From contig JBGFRI010000046.1 of assembly GCA_041695225.1 (NCBI GenBank), positions 65,977 through 129,976 of the forward strand: DNA of 64,000 nucleotides. Reading direction: 5' to 3'. Below, one piece after another: positions 1 to 10,170 of this stretch. The position numbers and the translations under genes are program-made. Below the pieces are notes generated by a model. The model saw only the letters and a list, made by a program, of their open reading frames with translations, was not told where the DNA came from and made no database searches. The DNA comes from Deinococcota bacterium (GTDB lineage Bacteria; Deinococcota; Deinococci; Deinococcales; Thermaceae). Every line of letters begins with the position of its first letter. Positions within the stretch are counted from its first letter, which is position 1.

Positions 1-1
1 C

Positions 2-472
2 GGCCCCAATGGTCTGGGCCAGGCCAAACTGGGTGGGCGAGTGACAGATGCGGGCACAGTTGTCAATATTGTTGTTACCCAGCACCGCGCGGGCAAACTT
101 CTGCACCAGAAAGATTTCCTCGTTGGTACAGCGCGAACTCGAGACTGCGCCAACAGACCTGACCCCGTATTGGTTCTGGATGCGCTTGAACTCGCTGGCG
201 GCATAGCGGAAGGCCTCGTCCCAGCTAACCTCCTGCCAGGGGTCGGCGATGGAGGCGCGGATCATAGGTGTACGCACGCGGTCAGGCGCCATGTAGTAGT
301 CGTAAGCGAAGCGGCCCTTGATGCAGCTATGACCGTGGTTGGCTTTTCCCTCTTTCCAGGGAATCATCCGGACAATTTTGCCTCCGTAGGTTTCGGCTTT
401 AAAGCCGCAGCCCACCCCACAGTAAGCGCAGGTGGTTATGACCGATCGCTCAGGTTTTACTGGGTTTGGCAT
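2..472 (-). CDS. fdhF: Formate dehydrogenase catalytic (molybdopterin) subunit, 5' part, runs off the window edge
   Basis: My translation from ATG 472 (RBS GGGAGGA): MPNPVKPERSVITTCAYCGVGCGF...HSCIKGRF...SSRCTNEE...NIDNCARICHSPT. Has the CxxCxxGC 4Fe-4S motif and a Cys active-site ligand. Not in the ORF track because the stop lies outside the window. Confidence 0.9.
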   Translation of the reverse strand, partial: MPNPVKPERSVITTCAYCGVGCGFKAETYGGKIVRMIPWKEGKANHGHSCIKGRFAYDYYMAPDRVRTPMIRASIADPWQEVSWDEAFRYAASEFKRIQNQYGVRSVGAVSSSRCTNEEIFLVQKFARAVLGNNNIDNCARICHSPTQFGLAQTIGA

Positions 473-1178
473 AGTATCCTCCCTCAAAAAGGCTTTTCTC
501 TACCAGCGCGTGGCTTGGGCAGACCATGACACAGGCCCCGCAGCTCACACACTCCGACTCTAAAAAAGGCTGGTCCTGACTGGCCGCTACCTTTGACTCG
601 AAGCCTCGGTGGGCTATGGTCAGGGCAAAAGTACCCTGTATCTCGGCGCAGGCCCGCACGCACCTGCTGCAAACAATGCACTTGGCCGGGTCGAAGAGGA
701 AATAGGGGTTCGAGTCGTCTACTGGGGCATCGAAATGGTTCTGGCCCCATCCGTAGCGGTTTTCGGACACGCCTTCGGCCTGCATGGTCTGGTGAAACTC
801 GCTCCAGCCGCCTTCCAGCTCTTCCGGAGGAAAATCCGAGAGGTAGAGCTCGAGCACGCCCTGGCGCAGGCGCTTGAGGGTGGGTGACTGGGTGGTCACC
901 TTCATCCCCTCGGCCACCAGTGTGGTGCAGCTGGCGGGGTAGCCCTTGTGGCCTTCGATCTCGACCAGACAGACCCGGCAGCTACCAAAGGGCTCGAGCA
1001 TATCGGTAGCGCAGAGCTTGGGGATCTGCTGCCCCACCGTTGTGGCTGCCAGCATCACCGAACTTCTGGCGGGAACCGTCACCGCAATGCCGTCAATTTC
1101 AAGCGTTACGGGGACGCCGTCCCGTGGTGGGGTGCCGAGATCCACTCCATCCCTCAACCCGCGTAACTCAGACCACAT
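450..1178 (-). CDS. Formate dehydrogenase Fe-S subunit (2Fe-2S plus 4Fe-4S, equivalent to the FdsA/NuoG N-terminus)
   Basis: IPKLCA..GSCRVCLVE..ASCTT, KCIVCSRCVRAC and ECVSCGACVMVCP motifs; overlaps the start of the catalytic subunit. Confidence 0.88.
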   Translation of the reverse strand: MWSELRGLRDGVDLGTPPRDGVPVTLEIDGIAVTVPARSSVMLAATTVGQQIPKLCATDMLEPFGSCRVCLVEIEGHKGYPASCTTLVAEGMKVTTQSPTLKRLRQGVLELYLSDFPPEELEGGWSEFHQTMQAEGVSENRYGWGQNHFDAPVDDSNPYFLFDPAKCIVCSRCVRACAEIQGTFALTIAHRGFESKVAASQDQPFLESECVSCGACVMVCPSHALVEKSLFEGGYYAKPSKT

Positions 1179-1251
1179 GCTTTCTTCCTCCCCTACTGCC
1201 GACTATTTGAAGCTCGATTGCTGCCGGAGTACTTGCTTTGTGTTGTTGATA

Positions 1252-1280
1252 ATTATTCGATGGTCTTAACATTCTGTCAA
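1252..1280 (-). promoter_or_regulatory. Putative sigma70-type promoter for the fdh genes
   Basis: Minus strand TTGACA-17 bp-AATAAT, about 75 bp upstream of ATG 1178. Confidence 0.45.
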
Positions 1281-1899
1281 GGTTTTTCTGGTCTGCGGTA
1301 TCTGCTCATGATACTCTCTGAATTCTAAGAATGCTGTGCAGCGATGGCTTTGGGTAACGGGGCCAAGGTTGGTGCAGAGTTCTCATTTACCAGTAGTTCT
1401 TAAAGCGCCCTGCACACTGGCCGGGTTTCAGTGAGATTTGAATTACATGTCTTAAACAGTTTTCCTGCGATGTACGAATCATAGCAAGCCCCGAAGGGAG
1501 CACCGTTCGAATGAACAGCAGCCTGTGTGCAGTGAGCGAGCAGGCAGGGACTTTCTTCCCTGGCTCAGGCTGTCCTGCGGTGGTACAAATATGTCAACCC
1601 ACTTTGGTGGGCACTGGACAACGCCTGTGGGTTCCCCTCCCTTGCCCCAGGCGTTTTCTTTTGCTGGGCTGGGGTATCAACAACCCGGCCAGAGGACCGG
1701 AAGTGGAGCAGCGCGGATGCCTGGCATCCCACCTTTTTTGGATGTTCACTTTGGGCTCGCGAGTTGCGTCGGAAGCCGCGCCACTACAACCCCCGAAAGC
1801 CCGTCGTTGACATGACTTCGCATTAGGTTTAACACCGGCGCATTCGATCTGAGTAGGCCAGAGCTTAAAGCGTCAACAGCTGTTTAGCGCTTCAAAAGG

Positions 1900-2649
1900 G
1901 TGGTGGGTACAGTGAAATATTCCGCTCGGCCCAGGAAACTCTCGAGGAGAAAGTTCATTCACGGCGCGGCTGGAGTGGGGCTGGGGCTGGCGGCCAGCAG
2001 CCCGTTCTCCATAGGAAGGGGCAGTATGGTAGAGACTGGATCTAGCACCAGGTTGCCGACCCCTGAAACCAGGGGCGCCCTGTCGGTAGAAGAAGCTATA
2101 CAGAGCCGGAGGTCGGAAAGAAGTTTCAGGGGCATAGCCCTAACCCAGGCGCAGCTATCACAGTTGGTCTGGTCGGCCCAGGGGATCACCGATCCGGCCA
2201 GGGTTAGACGAATTTTACGTGCAGCCCCCAGCGCAGGGGCACAGTACCCGCTGGATGTTTATGTGGTGGTGGGCGGGGTGGAGGGCCTAAAGGCCGGGGT
2301 CTACCATTACAGCCCACACGAGCACTCGCTGCGGCTGGTTCTGGAAGGGGACGTGCGAAGGCCACTGGCCGGGGCCTGCCTGGGTCAGATGTTTATCGCA
2401 GCTGCGCCCGTTAGCTTTGTGATCTCGGCGGAGTACCGAAGAATCACCGACCGGTACGGGGATAGAGGGGTTCGTTATGCCCACATGGAGGTTGGTCATG
2501 TGGGTCAGAACCTGCACCTGCAAGCAGAGTCTCTGGGCCTGGGCACGGTGGTCGTGGGGGCCTTTAGAGATGCTGAGGTGGCTCGGTTGTTACGCCTGCC
2601 CAGGGGGCACGAGCCGTTGTATGTGATGCCTGTAGGGCTGGTGGCCTGA
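1900..2649 (+). CDS. SagB/ThcOx-family nitroreductase-like FMN enzyme with a twin-arginine leader (start may be GTG 1912)
   Basis: RRSERSF, RAAPSAGAQYPL, EVGHVGQNLHL, LGLGTVVVGAF motifs; N-terminal SRRKFI plus hydrophobic stretch. Confidence 0.85.
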   Translation: MVGTVKYSARPRKLSRRKFIHGAAGVGLGLAASSPFSIGRGSMVETGSSTRLPTPETRGALSVEEAIQSRRSERSFRGIALTQAQLSQLVWSAQGITDPARVRRILRAAPSAGAQYPLDVYVVVGGVEGLKAGVYHYSPHEHSLRLVLEGDVRRPLAGACLGQMFIAAAPVSFVISAEYRRITDRYGDRGVRYAHMEVGHVGQNLHLQAESLGLGTVVVGAFRDAEVARLLRLPRGHEPLYVMPVGLVA

Positions 2650-2888
2650 GATCGGGACTGGAAGGGCTCGAGCCCTAGCTTTTTCCCAAACCCCAGGGTT
2701 AGCGCGGTTCTGGGAAATAGCGCTGGACTCCCGCCAAGTAAAATGCCGTTTGAAGGGTAGTATCCAAATTCTAAGAGTGCTGCACAGAAAAGCTTTGGGC
2801 AAGGAAGTCAAGCGTGTTGCCAGCAGCTTATGTAGATTCTGGGTCTGGTAGCGCCAAAAGACTGCACCCGTCAAGTAACGCCACCCCG

Positions 2889-3617
2889 CTAGACCCGCAA
2901 GCGCCAGTCTAGTTTGTACATCACAAAACCCAGCAGGCCCCCAGCCCACACCAGTAGCACCAGCATTGAAGCCGGCTCGGGGGCTTGGCCCGCCAGGCTT
3001 GCATGAATAGATAGGGCTGCATGGGTGGTCGGTAGGCCCCAGACCACATACTGCAAGGCCGGTGGAAGGTTCTGGATGGGAAAAAATACTGGGGTGGCAT
3101 ACGAGAGAACGTAAACCAGCAAACTGGTACCAATTGCCGCCTCGCCCGGGCCACGGCTCAGAATCCCAACCACCAGGCCGATCCCGGCAACCGAGAGCGC
3201 CCCCAGCACCAGAACGGGAATCAGAATGGGCGAGACCGCGACATTGAAGCCAAAGACCAGCACTGCCAGGGCCAGCAGCAACAAACCGCTCACCATACTG
3301 ACCAGCAGGCTGGCGCCCAGGGTTGCCAGGATAAAGGTGAGCTTGCCAATCGGCAGGGTGGCATACAACTCGTACTCGCCCCTGGCCCGCTGCGCCGCAA
3401 AGGACTGGCCGAACAAAAAGATGGAGTTCAGCACCACACTGGCAGTGATAGCCCCGCTCAGCAGGCGGGCCTGACCGCCCAGGGCGGGGGCCAGGTTGCT
3501 TACAAAAAAGAGCAGGATCAAGGGAAAAAGGATGCTGGATAGCACCAGCCAGACCAGCCCATCGCTCATGGTCAGGCCCAGGAAACGCACCTTGATCAGG
3601 GCAAAGAAGACCCTCAT
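2889..3617 (-). CDS. ABC-2 type exporter permease
   Basis: ATG 3617 overlaps the ATPase stop (ATGA); six hydrophobic segments; PVFFPIQNLP..LPTTHA motif. Confidence 0.85.
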   Translation of the reverse strand: MRVFFALIKVRFLGLTMSDGLVWLVLSSILFPLILLFFVSNLAPALGGQARLLSGAITASVVLNSIFLFGQSFAAQRARGEYELYATLPIGKLTFILATLGASLLVSMVSGLLLLALAVLVFGFNVAVSPILIPVLVLGALSVAGIGLVVGILSRGPGEAAIGTSLLVYVLSYATPVFFPIQNLPPALQYVVWGLPTTHAALSIHASLAGQAPEPASMLVLLVWAGGLLGFVMYKLDWRLRV

Positions 3618-4528
3618 ACCGCCCTTTGCTCCAGGTCCGAAAAAACCACTTCCTCCAGCGAGGCTGCCCGAACCGAGACCTCGGCAGCTCCGGCGCCCAG
3701 GGCGGTATCCAGCTCCTTTAGCACCATCTCGGCCTGCTCTACCGGGATTAGCCTCTGAAACTGGCCCGGCCCAACCTGTCGCCAGACCTGGTTGGCAAAC
3801 GGCAGGTGGTCGGCCTGAATGGTACAGACCAGCAGGGGCGAGTGGTTGCGCCTTAGTTCGGGCACGGTACCCTGGGAAACCAACTCCCCATTTTTCAAGA
3901 TCAGGGCCTCGTCCATTACCGGCTCGGCATCGCGGATATCGTGGGTTACCAGCAGCAGGGTGGGTCGGTAGGTCTGCTTGAAAAAGGTCAGGGCAGCCCA
4001 CAGCCTGCGCCGGTTGACGGCGTCCAGGCCGGCGCTGGGCTCGTCCAGCACCAGCAAAGGGGGTTTGAAGGAGAGCGCGGTGGCTACCAGAGTGATCCGG
4101 GCCTGACCGCCCGACATGTGCCAGACCAGCTTCTTCTCCAGGTCGCCAATGCCCAGCAGCTCCACCACCTCCTCCCGCGCCAGCCGCAGGGCCCGGCCCC
4201 AGTAGCCCTGGGCCACCAGGGCAAACTCGATCAGGTCGCGGCCCGTAAGGCCGGGAAAATAGGGCACCACCTGCGGCACATAACCCACCGGCACCGGGTG
4301 TTTGCCGGTATTGTCCAGCGGAGTATTGTTGATTGTTATGGCGCCCCGGGTGGGACGGAGTAAACCGACCAGTAGCCGGGACAAGGTGGTCTTGCCAGAA
4401 CCATTCGGCCCCAGGAGGCCGTAGCTGCGGCCTCCTTGGAGCTTGAGGTTTACCCCCCTCAAAGCAAACTCTTTATCTTTGCTTCGGTAATACTGTTTCC
4501 AGACGTCCTCAATCAATACCATTCCCAC
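3614..4528 (-). CDS. ABC transporter ATP-binding protein
   Basis: Walker A GPNGSGKT, MSGGQ signature, LVLDEP, VTHD. Confidence 0.93.
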   Translation of the reverse strand: MGMVLIEDVWKQYYRSKDKEFALRGVNLKLQGGRSYGLLGPNGSGKTTLSRLLVGLLRPTRGAITINNTPLDNTGKHPVPVGYVPQVVPYFPGLTGRDLIEFALVAQGYWGRALRLAREEVVELLGIGDLEKKLVWHMSGGQARITLVATALSFKPPLLVLDEPSAGLDAVNRRRLWAALTFFKQTYRPTLLLVTHDIRDAEPVMDEALILKNGELVSQGTVPELRRNHSPLLVCTIQADHLPFANQVWRQVGPGQFQRLIPVEQAEMVLKELDTALGAGAAEVSVRAASLEEVVFSDLEQRAV

Positions 4529-4629
4529 ACCTTGAGAATAATCGAAAAACTCAATTGCCGGTTACTACTGCGGCAGTGCGGCTTTAACGGATCGCCCAAA
4601 CAGCAAATCTACCATCATGCCGAGCAGGA

Positions 4630-4871
4630 AGAGCGTCTCTAGCAGAACTTTCACACCGCGATCTCGTGCCCCTTGGCCAGAGAAAGGCCGCATACCCGAG
4701 CGTGGCGTCAATATCCTCCGGCTCAAGCGCCGGGTAGTCGCGCAGGATTTCCGCCGGGCTTTGATAACGGAACTGGTGGAGGACTGCTCCCACGGTAATG
4801 CGTGTTTCCCGGATGCTTGGTTTTCACCCAATGATTCGGGGGTCGAAGGTGATGCGTTCAGACAGCCCCAT
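4630..4871 (-). pseudogene. DUF433 antitoxin pseudogene followed by a stub of a DUF5615-like toxin start
   Basis: MGLSERITFDPRIIG*KPSIRETRITV...EILRDYPALEPEDIDATLGYAA with in-frame TGA at 4824-4826, then GTG AAA GTT CTG CTA (MKVLL). Confidence 0.7.
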
Positions 4872-4934
4872 GACGGCCCACTTGAAGCGCAGCGACGCGC
4901 AGGTGAGCCGTCGTGTCGAAGCGGTTGTTATGCG
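4872..4934 (-). repeat. Truncated attC-like site (left arm only)
   Basis: Minus strand GCATAAC-aaccg-CTTCGACACGACGGCTCAC...GTGGGCCGTC directly after the DUF2442 stop; right R' box missing. Confidence 0.5.
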
Positions 4935-4940
4935 TCGATT

Positions 4941-5186
4941 TTAGTGTTTGCCACGAAGTAGGCCAGCGACACTGAGGTCCTCGTCGACGTCGGGCCAATG
5001 GATCCCTTCTCCGTCGGCGAGGATTTCGAAGTTTTCCAACTGCTCAAGCGTAGCGTTTGCCAGGCGGGGAAACCACTCCAAGGGCACCGAAATCCTCCGT
5101 CCGTCAATCAGATCAACTACCAGATCGCTTTCCGTGAAAGTTACGCTCTGTGCCAGAGGGTGTACTTCAACGATGGATGTGTTCAT
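4941..5186 (-). CDS. DUF2442 family protein (putative TA component)
   Basis: LVVDLIDGRRISVPLEWFPRLANAT..GIHWPDVDEDLSVAGLL. Confidence 0.88.
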   Translation of the reverse strand: MNTSIVEVHPLAQSVTFTESDLVVDLIDGRRISVPLEWFPRLANATLEQLENFEILADGEGIHWPDVDEDLSVAGLLRGKH

Positions 5187-5403
5187 TCCAGGCCTCCAAA
5201 AACCCTTCTCGATGCTCTTCAATTATAGCGCGGATAGCACGCAACTCATGTGACGAAAAACGTTTAGAGCTTGCTAGTGTGACCGGTTGTAGCCAGAATT
5301 TTGCGAAGGACCGGTCCCGCCTAACATGAACGTGAGGCGGTTCGTTTCGTTCATTGCTATAGAAGTAGAACCGGTAGTGTCCACTCCGTAGAACTGTTGG
5401 CAT
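5167..5403 (-). CDS. DUF4160 family protein (partner of DUF2442)
   Basis: MPTVLRSGHYRFYFYSNERNEPPHVHV..AKFWL. Confidence 0.88.
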   Translation of the reverse strand: MPTVLRSGHYRFYFYSNERNEPPHVHVRRDRSFAKFWLQPVTLASSKRFSSHELRAIRAIIEEHREGFLEAWNEHIHR

Positions 5404-5444
5404 TTTTTCCCCACTGTCTTCGTGGCATAACCCCATAGTAGAGC

Positions 5445-5550
5445 GTCGAGGGTCGAAAGTCGAAGGCTAAAAACAAGAAGCTGGCGATCTTCGCGGAAGC
5501 TCTGGACTCTCACAGCCCCAGACCGACCTTAGACCTGCGACCTGCGACAC
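5445..5550. repeat. Heptamer-repeat element
   Basis: GTCGAGG GTCGAAA GTCGAAG left arm; GACCTTA GACCTGC GACCTGC right arm. Confidence 0.75.
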
Positions 5551-5606
5551 TCTCGAACGGCGCGTATCAGTCAAAACTGAGTTACCGAACCACTTAGCAA
5601 TCAAGA

Positions 5607-6705
5607 TCAATCGTCATCGCCCACAGCCACCGTCTGCCGCCGCCCCGCCTTCCATTCCAGCCCGGCCCAGATCAGGCTTTCCAGGTCGCCGTCCAGCACG
5701 TTTTCGGGGTCGTGGCGCATCTCGCCGGTGCGGTGGTCTTTGATGTACTGCTTGTCCAGCACGTAGCTGCGAATCTGGCTGCCCCACTCGATGGGGCGGG
5801 CTTCACCGCGCAGCCGGGCCAGCTCTTCCTGCTTCTTTTTGTACTCGATCTCGAATAGCCTCGAGCGCAGGATATTCATGGCCATCTCCTTGTTTTTCTG
5901 CTGGCTGCGGGTCACCTGACACTTGACCGTGATGCCGGTGGGCAGGTGCACCACCCGCACCGCCGAGTCGGTGGTGTTGACCCCCTGGCCGCCCTTGCCC
6001 TGGGAGCGCATAACGTCTATGCGCAGGTCTTCGGGGTTAATCTGGACATCTACCGATTCGTCTACCTCGGGCATTACCTCCAGTGCGGCAAAACTGGTCT
6101 GGCGCTTGCCCTGAGCGTTGAATGGGGAGGGCCGCACCAGGCGGTGTACCCCGGCCTCGGGTGAGATCAGGCCAAAAGCGTTCTCGCCCCGCACGATAAA
6201 CTGGGCGTGGTCAATTCCGGCCTCTGCGCCGGGCTCGAGGTCAACCAGCTCGAGGGTAAATCCGTGCCGCTCGCCGAAGCGGGTGTACATGCGGTAGAGC
6301 ATGCTGGCCCAGTCACAGGCCTCGGTGCCTCCCGCGCCGGGTTTGATGGTCACGATGGCGGCGTTTTCGGCGTAGGGGAACGAGAGCAGGGTCTGGTGAT
6401 ACAGCTCTTCAAGCTCCTGCTCGGCCTGCTTTAGCTCGGGCTGCAACTGATCGCGCTCAATGGCGCTCATCTCTGGCCATAGCTCCAGCAGCCCTTGAAG
6501 ATCCGACTCCAGGCGCTTGTAGCTGTCCACTACCTTGCGCAGCCGGGCCGATTCTTGCGAAACCTTGCGGGCGTTGGCAGGATCGCTCCAGAGGCTGGGG
6601 TCGTTTATTTGCTGCTCGAGTTCTTTCAGTCGGGATTCTTTACCAGCAATGTCAAAGATACCCCCGGAGGGCCTCTAGTCGGTGTTCAAGGGTAGCTAGG
6701 TCCAT
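5607..6705 (-). CDS. prfB: Peptide chain release factor 2 with programmed +1 frameshift
   Basis: ATG 6705 MDLATLEHRLEALRGYL, then GGGGGTAT CTT TGA C (6657-6651); +1 frame continues DIAGKESRL; SPF tripeptide and GGQ motif present. Confidence 0.97.
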
Positions 6706-6975
6706 AACACCTGAGTTTAGAGCCTGCAGGCCATCCGGTCAAACGCCTTTAGCAAAATAGCAGAAACCACGCAAGCCTATTTTGGCCGAGAGTGATTGTC
6801 CGGCCAGGGTGCCCCAAACTGGTCTAGACGACTTGGTCTGGCCCCGGTCATTGGAGTCATTCCCAGAATCACAAAGTCCCAGCATACAAACATGGCTAAG
6901 AGCCGGTTACTGGCTGTTAGAGCCGACAACAAACACGGCTACCCTGCAACTGTTCTAAAATGACCAAAACGTAAC

Positions 6976-7602
6976 TTAGGGCTCAGCCAGATCCATGACA
7001 CCCAGACAGGCCCTCGAGCCTAGGTCATAGAGGAAGATGGGCTGACCAAATGCCACGACTTTACCGGGCCCGATCTCTTTGGCAAAAACCGACAGCTGCA
7101 AATTGCCAGGAATGTGTTCTATTTGTACCCCGTTAACCAGGGGCAGAAATCGTAGACGCTCGAGGCTTTGCTCTCCGGTGGCCTGTCCCATATCGCTTGC
7201 TTCTATCAGCAGAACCAGCTTTCGGCGTTGTTCGGGCTGCCCACCCAGGTAACGCACAGATACCAGCGGCACCGGAACGCCTGCCAGGGCCGAGAAGGTG
7301 ATGGTGCCGATGGGCTTTGCCTGGTTGTCCTCGAGCTGGACTTGTTGCTCGAAGAGAATTCGGCTGCCAGCCTCGAGGGGTTCCCCACCCGTTCTTACGC
7401 GAATGCTCGGTGGCAGGCGCAAAATCCGCAGCCCTCCTTTGGAAAGGATCAAGTTGAAGCCTAGCAAGCTGGTCATATTCAGCCTTTTGCCCAGATCCAT
7501 GGAGTCCAGGCCGCCCAGATCAAGACTAACCGGCCAACTGCCGTTGGGGATAAAGGTGGCCCTGCCCCAGCGCGCAGGCGTAGCTTGGTTTGGCTTTATC
7601 AT
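6976..7602 (-). CDS. Hypothetical protein
   Basis: 208-aa ORF, GGAG upstream of ATG, no motif recognised. Confidence 0.45.
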   Translation of the reverse strand: MIKPNQATPARWGRATFIPNGSWPVSLDLGGLDSMDLGKRLNMTSLLGFNLILSKGGLRILRLPPSIRVRTGGEPLEAGSRILFEQQVQLEDNQAKPIGTITFSALAGVPVPLVSVRYLGGQPEQRRKLVLLIEASDMGQATGEQSLERLRFLPLVNGVQIEHIPGNLQLSVFAKEIGPGKVVAFGQPIFLYDLGSRACLGVMDLAEP

Positions 7603-7933
7603 GGCAAAGCTCCCGATCAGTCGTCACTTACTGTACAATCCTCCAGCCCCGGCAAACGGCAGGATGACACCCACCTCAATGGCGCTGGGGTCAAGCAGTT
7701 TATGGCTTTTGGGGCAGTGCCAGATGTGTCTCGCACACGGTGTACACTACTGCATTCTTGGCATATTTTGCATCCAGGGCAGAGCAGACCGGCAGGCCTG
7801 AATAGTATTAGGTGTATGAGCGCCGGACGGGTATCTTTACTTCACCACTGTAGGGCAGAACTCACTATTTGAATAGGCATCCTGGCCCTGGTTGTTTGGC
7901 GGCTTTTTTGCCAGAATAAGTCAGGAGGATTAT

Positions 7934-8293
7934 ATGCCACTTCTGGTTTGTCCTACATGCGAAAGCGGAATGAACGAGATCCAGCGCAACAATGTGCACA
8001 TTGACGTCTGCCCCAAGTGCCGTGGGGTCTGGTTAGACGGCGGGGAGATGGAGAAACTGCTGGGCCAGGTGCGTCAGTTCGAACAGGAGTACGAGGCAGA
8101 GCTCGAGAGCTACCGCCGGCAGGCGCCTCAGCAGCACGTGCCGCCACGGAGCCCGGGCCAAGCCCCTCCGCCCCCACACCCGCAGCAGCGCCAAGATCAG
8201 CGCAATCCCTACGATACCGACGACGATGACTACTACAAGCGCCATGGCAAGAGAAAGAGCAAACTGGGTAGGCTATTCGACATCTTCGACTAG
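7934..8293 (+). CDS. zf-TFIIB (zinc ribbon) domain protein
   Basis: RBS AGGAGG; CPTC...IDVCPKCRGVWLDGGEMEKL; C-terminal KSKLGRLFDIFD. Confidence 0.9.
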   Translation: MPLLVCPTCESGMNEIQRNNVHIDVCPKCRGVWLDGGEMEKLLGQVRQFEQEYEAELESYRRQAPQQHVPPRSPGQAPPPPHPQQRQDQRNPYDTDDDDYYKRHGKRKSKLGRLFDIFD

Positions 8294-8307
8294 GCCCGAC
8301 CCGACCC

Positions 8308-8336
8308 GCCGCCGGCCCATCCGGCGGCTTCATGTT
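8308..8336 (+). terminator. Putative intrinsic terminator
   Basis: GCCGCCGG-cccat-CCGGCGGC followed by a weak T-tract. Confidence 0.5.
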
Positions 8337-8546
8337 TGTAGCAGCAAAACGCTTTTGCTAGGCGACCTCTAGCGCAGTACGCAAACACAAATGCGAGATA
8401 GCCTCGAGGCGGCGCGTTTTTGCATGGACAGAGGTAAGACATTAGCGTGAGCTAGCTGGTCACGGTGCTAATGAAACGAGTAGATACGGTTTTCTGAACA
8501 ACGACCCGTATAATCGGGTCGGAAGTGTGCAAAAAGGAGCTAACGT

Positions 8547-9686
8547 ATGGATCGAATCCAACGCCTTCGTACTGTGATTGCCGCCGCCCAACAACACCCG
8601 GTCTATGCCCACAAGCTAAGCGGGGTGGAGGTAAACAGCATCACCCCCGAGACCATAGCCATGCTGCCGCTGACTACCCGTCAGGAATGGCTGGCCCACA
8701 TTCAAGCCAGTCCAAAGCCACCACAGGGTGCCGCCCTGATGCACCTGACCCCCAGCCCGGCCATTGGCTGGATGCCCGAGTACCTTTCAGAGGAAGATGT
8801 AGAGTATCAGGCCCAGGCACTCGGTGGGCAGATGCGCCGGTTGGGTGCGGCGGGCAAGAAGGCCCTGGTGGCTTTTGGTTACCACATTTTTGCGGGCGGC
8901 TGGCTATTTCACCAGGCTTTACAAAGGGCGGGTGCGATGGTGCTGCCCCATGGCCCCGGCGAGGCTGAGCGAATCGTGCAACTTCAACAGCAGTATGGTT
9001 TCGAGGTTCTGGTTTCTAACCCCAGTTTTGCTTTGAAGATTGCCCAGGCCGGAGGAAGATTTGAGCTACTGATGGCGGGCGGAGAACCTTTTACCTCGGT
9101 TCCCGGCTACCGCGAAAAGCTGGAACAAGCCCTCGGCGGGATAGCCGTGGATGCCTATGGAACTTCCGAACTTGGCGTGGTAGCGGGGGAGAGCCTGGCC
9201 AAGAACGGCCTCTGGGAGATACCGGAGATGGCCATTGTAGAGATTCTGGATCCCGAGACGCTGCAACCCACCCCCGATGGTGAAAAGGGGGAGATGGTCG
9301 TTACCGCACTGTCCCGCACGCTGATGCCCATGATCCGCTTCCGCACCGGTGATCTGGCGCTGGTGGCGCGCAAAGACGGCCAGGTCTGCCTTCCCAGGGG
9401 GGTGATTGGTCGCACTGATCTGATGGTTAAGGTAAAGGGGGTCAAGCTATACCCTACCGAGCTGGCGCCGCTGCTTATGGCTTTTGGCATTGACCCCCGT
9501 TCGGGGGCGCAGCTGGTGGTTGAGACCAAAGACGGCGGAACCGACAAACTCACGTTGCGAATCAAGTCCGAGTCGGTGCCGCCTCAGCTTGGCCCTGCCC
9601 TGCAACAAGCCACCGGCATTCGTCTGGACGATATACAGGCCGACCCTACCCTTGAAGGACCGCCACTGGTAGACAAGCGGTACTGA
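8547..9686 (+). CDS. Phenylacetate-CoA ligase family protein (AMP-binding)
   Basis: GGEP, DAYGTSE, PMIRFRTGDL, GRTDLMVKVKGVKLYP. Confidence 0.85.
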   Translation: MDRIQRLRTVIAAAQQHPVYAHKLSGVEVNSITPETIAMLPLTTRQEWLAHIQASPKPPQGAALMHLTPSPAIGWMPEYLSEEDVEYQAQALGGQMRRLGAAGKKALVAFGYHIFAGGWLFHQALQRAGAMVLPHGPGEAERIVQLQQQYGFEVLVSNPSFALKIAQAGGRFELLMAGGEPFTSVPGYREKLEQALGGIAVDAYGTSELGVVAGESLAKNGLWEIPEMAIVEILDPETLQPTPDGEKGEMVVTALSRTLMPMIRFRTGDLALVARKDGQVCLPRGVIGRTDLMVKVKGVKLYPTELAPLLMAFGIDPRSGAQLVVETKDGGTDKLTLRIKSESVPPQLGPALQQATGIRLDDIQADPTLEGPPLVDKRY

Positions 9687-10058
9687 ACTAGGTGCTCGGC
9701 TTGCAGGTACTGGCCAGAAAACAAAATAGTCAAAGTCCCCAACCCGTGACTGCTTTTATGGAGCATCAGGCCGCATGCATGAGTTCCACCTCGCAGCCGA
9801 GATCATTAAGCCCCGCCGGACCAGGCAGGTGATGTTCTTCGACATGTTCAGCCGGCCACCCACGTCCCGACGACAGGCCGGAGAATACAAAGTGCCCTGC
9901 TTCATGCTCCGGGTTCCGACGGACGGATGGGCAACTCTTTAGCTCATATTGCTGTGTTCCAGGCTAGAATTCAGGTTACAGGCCTGGTGAGTACGTGAGG
10001 GGTTGGTTAGGCTGGTTAGATGGGGGTGGTTGCGCCGGCAAATTGTTCTTGAATGATA

Positions 10059-10145
10059 TTTGCGCCTCGAGGGTGGAAGTGTAAGATGTGAGCGAGATGT
10101 GCGGCAGGCAGAAGGGTGTTCGAGTTCTCGTGAAGACCGGCACAA
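10059..10145 (+). promoter_or_regulatory. Putative nuo promoter and possible Rex operator
   Basis: TTGCGC-16 bp-TAAGAT (10060-10087); TCGTGAAgaccGGCACAA (10128-10145) has 3 mismatches to TTGTGAA-N4-TTCACAA. Confidence 0.35.
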
Positions 10146-10170
10146 GGTCGGCCGCTAAAAAAGGAGGCGA

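Noticed and set aside
1281..1899. Riboswitch or sRNA in the long fdh-nitroreductase spacer
   Set aside because: I could not recognise a Moco/Tuco or other conserved RNA motif by eye; an Rfam scan would be needed.
3618..4001. Long N-terminus of the ABC permease ORF
   Set aside because: It overlaps the ATPase gene in another frame; the coupled ATG at 3617 is the better start.
6651..6665. prfB internal stop as a pseudogene or novelty
   Set aside because: It is the canonical autoregulatory +1 frameshift site.
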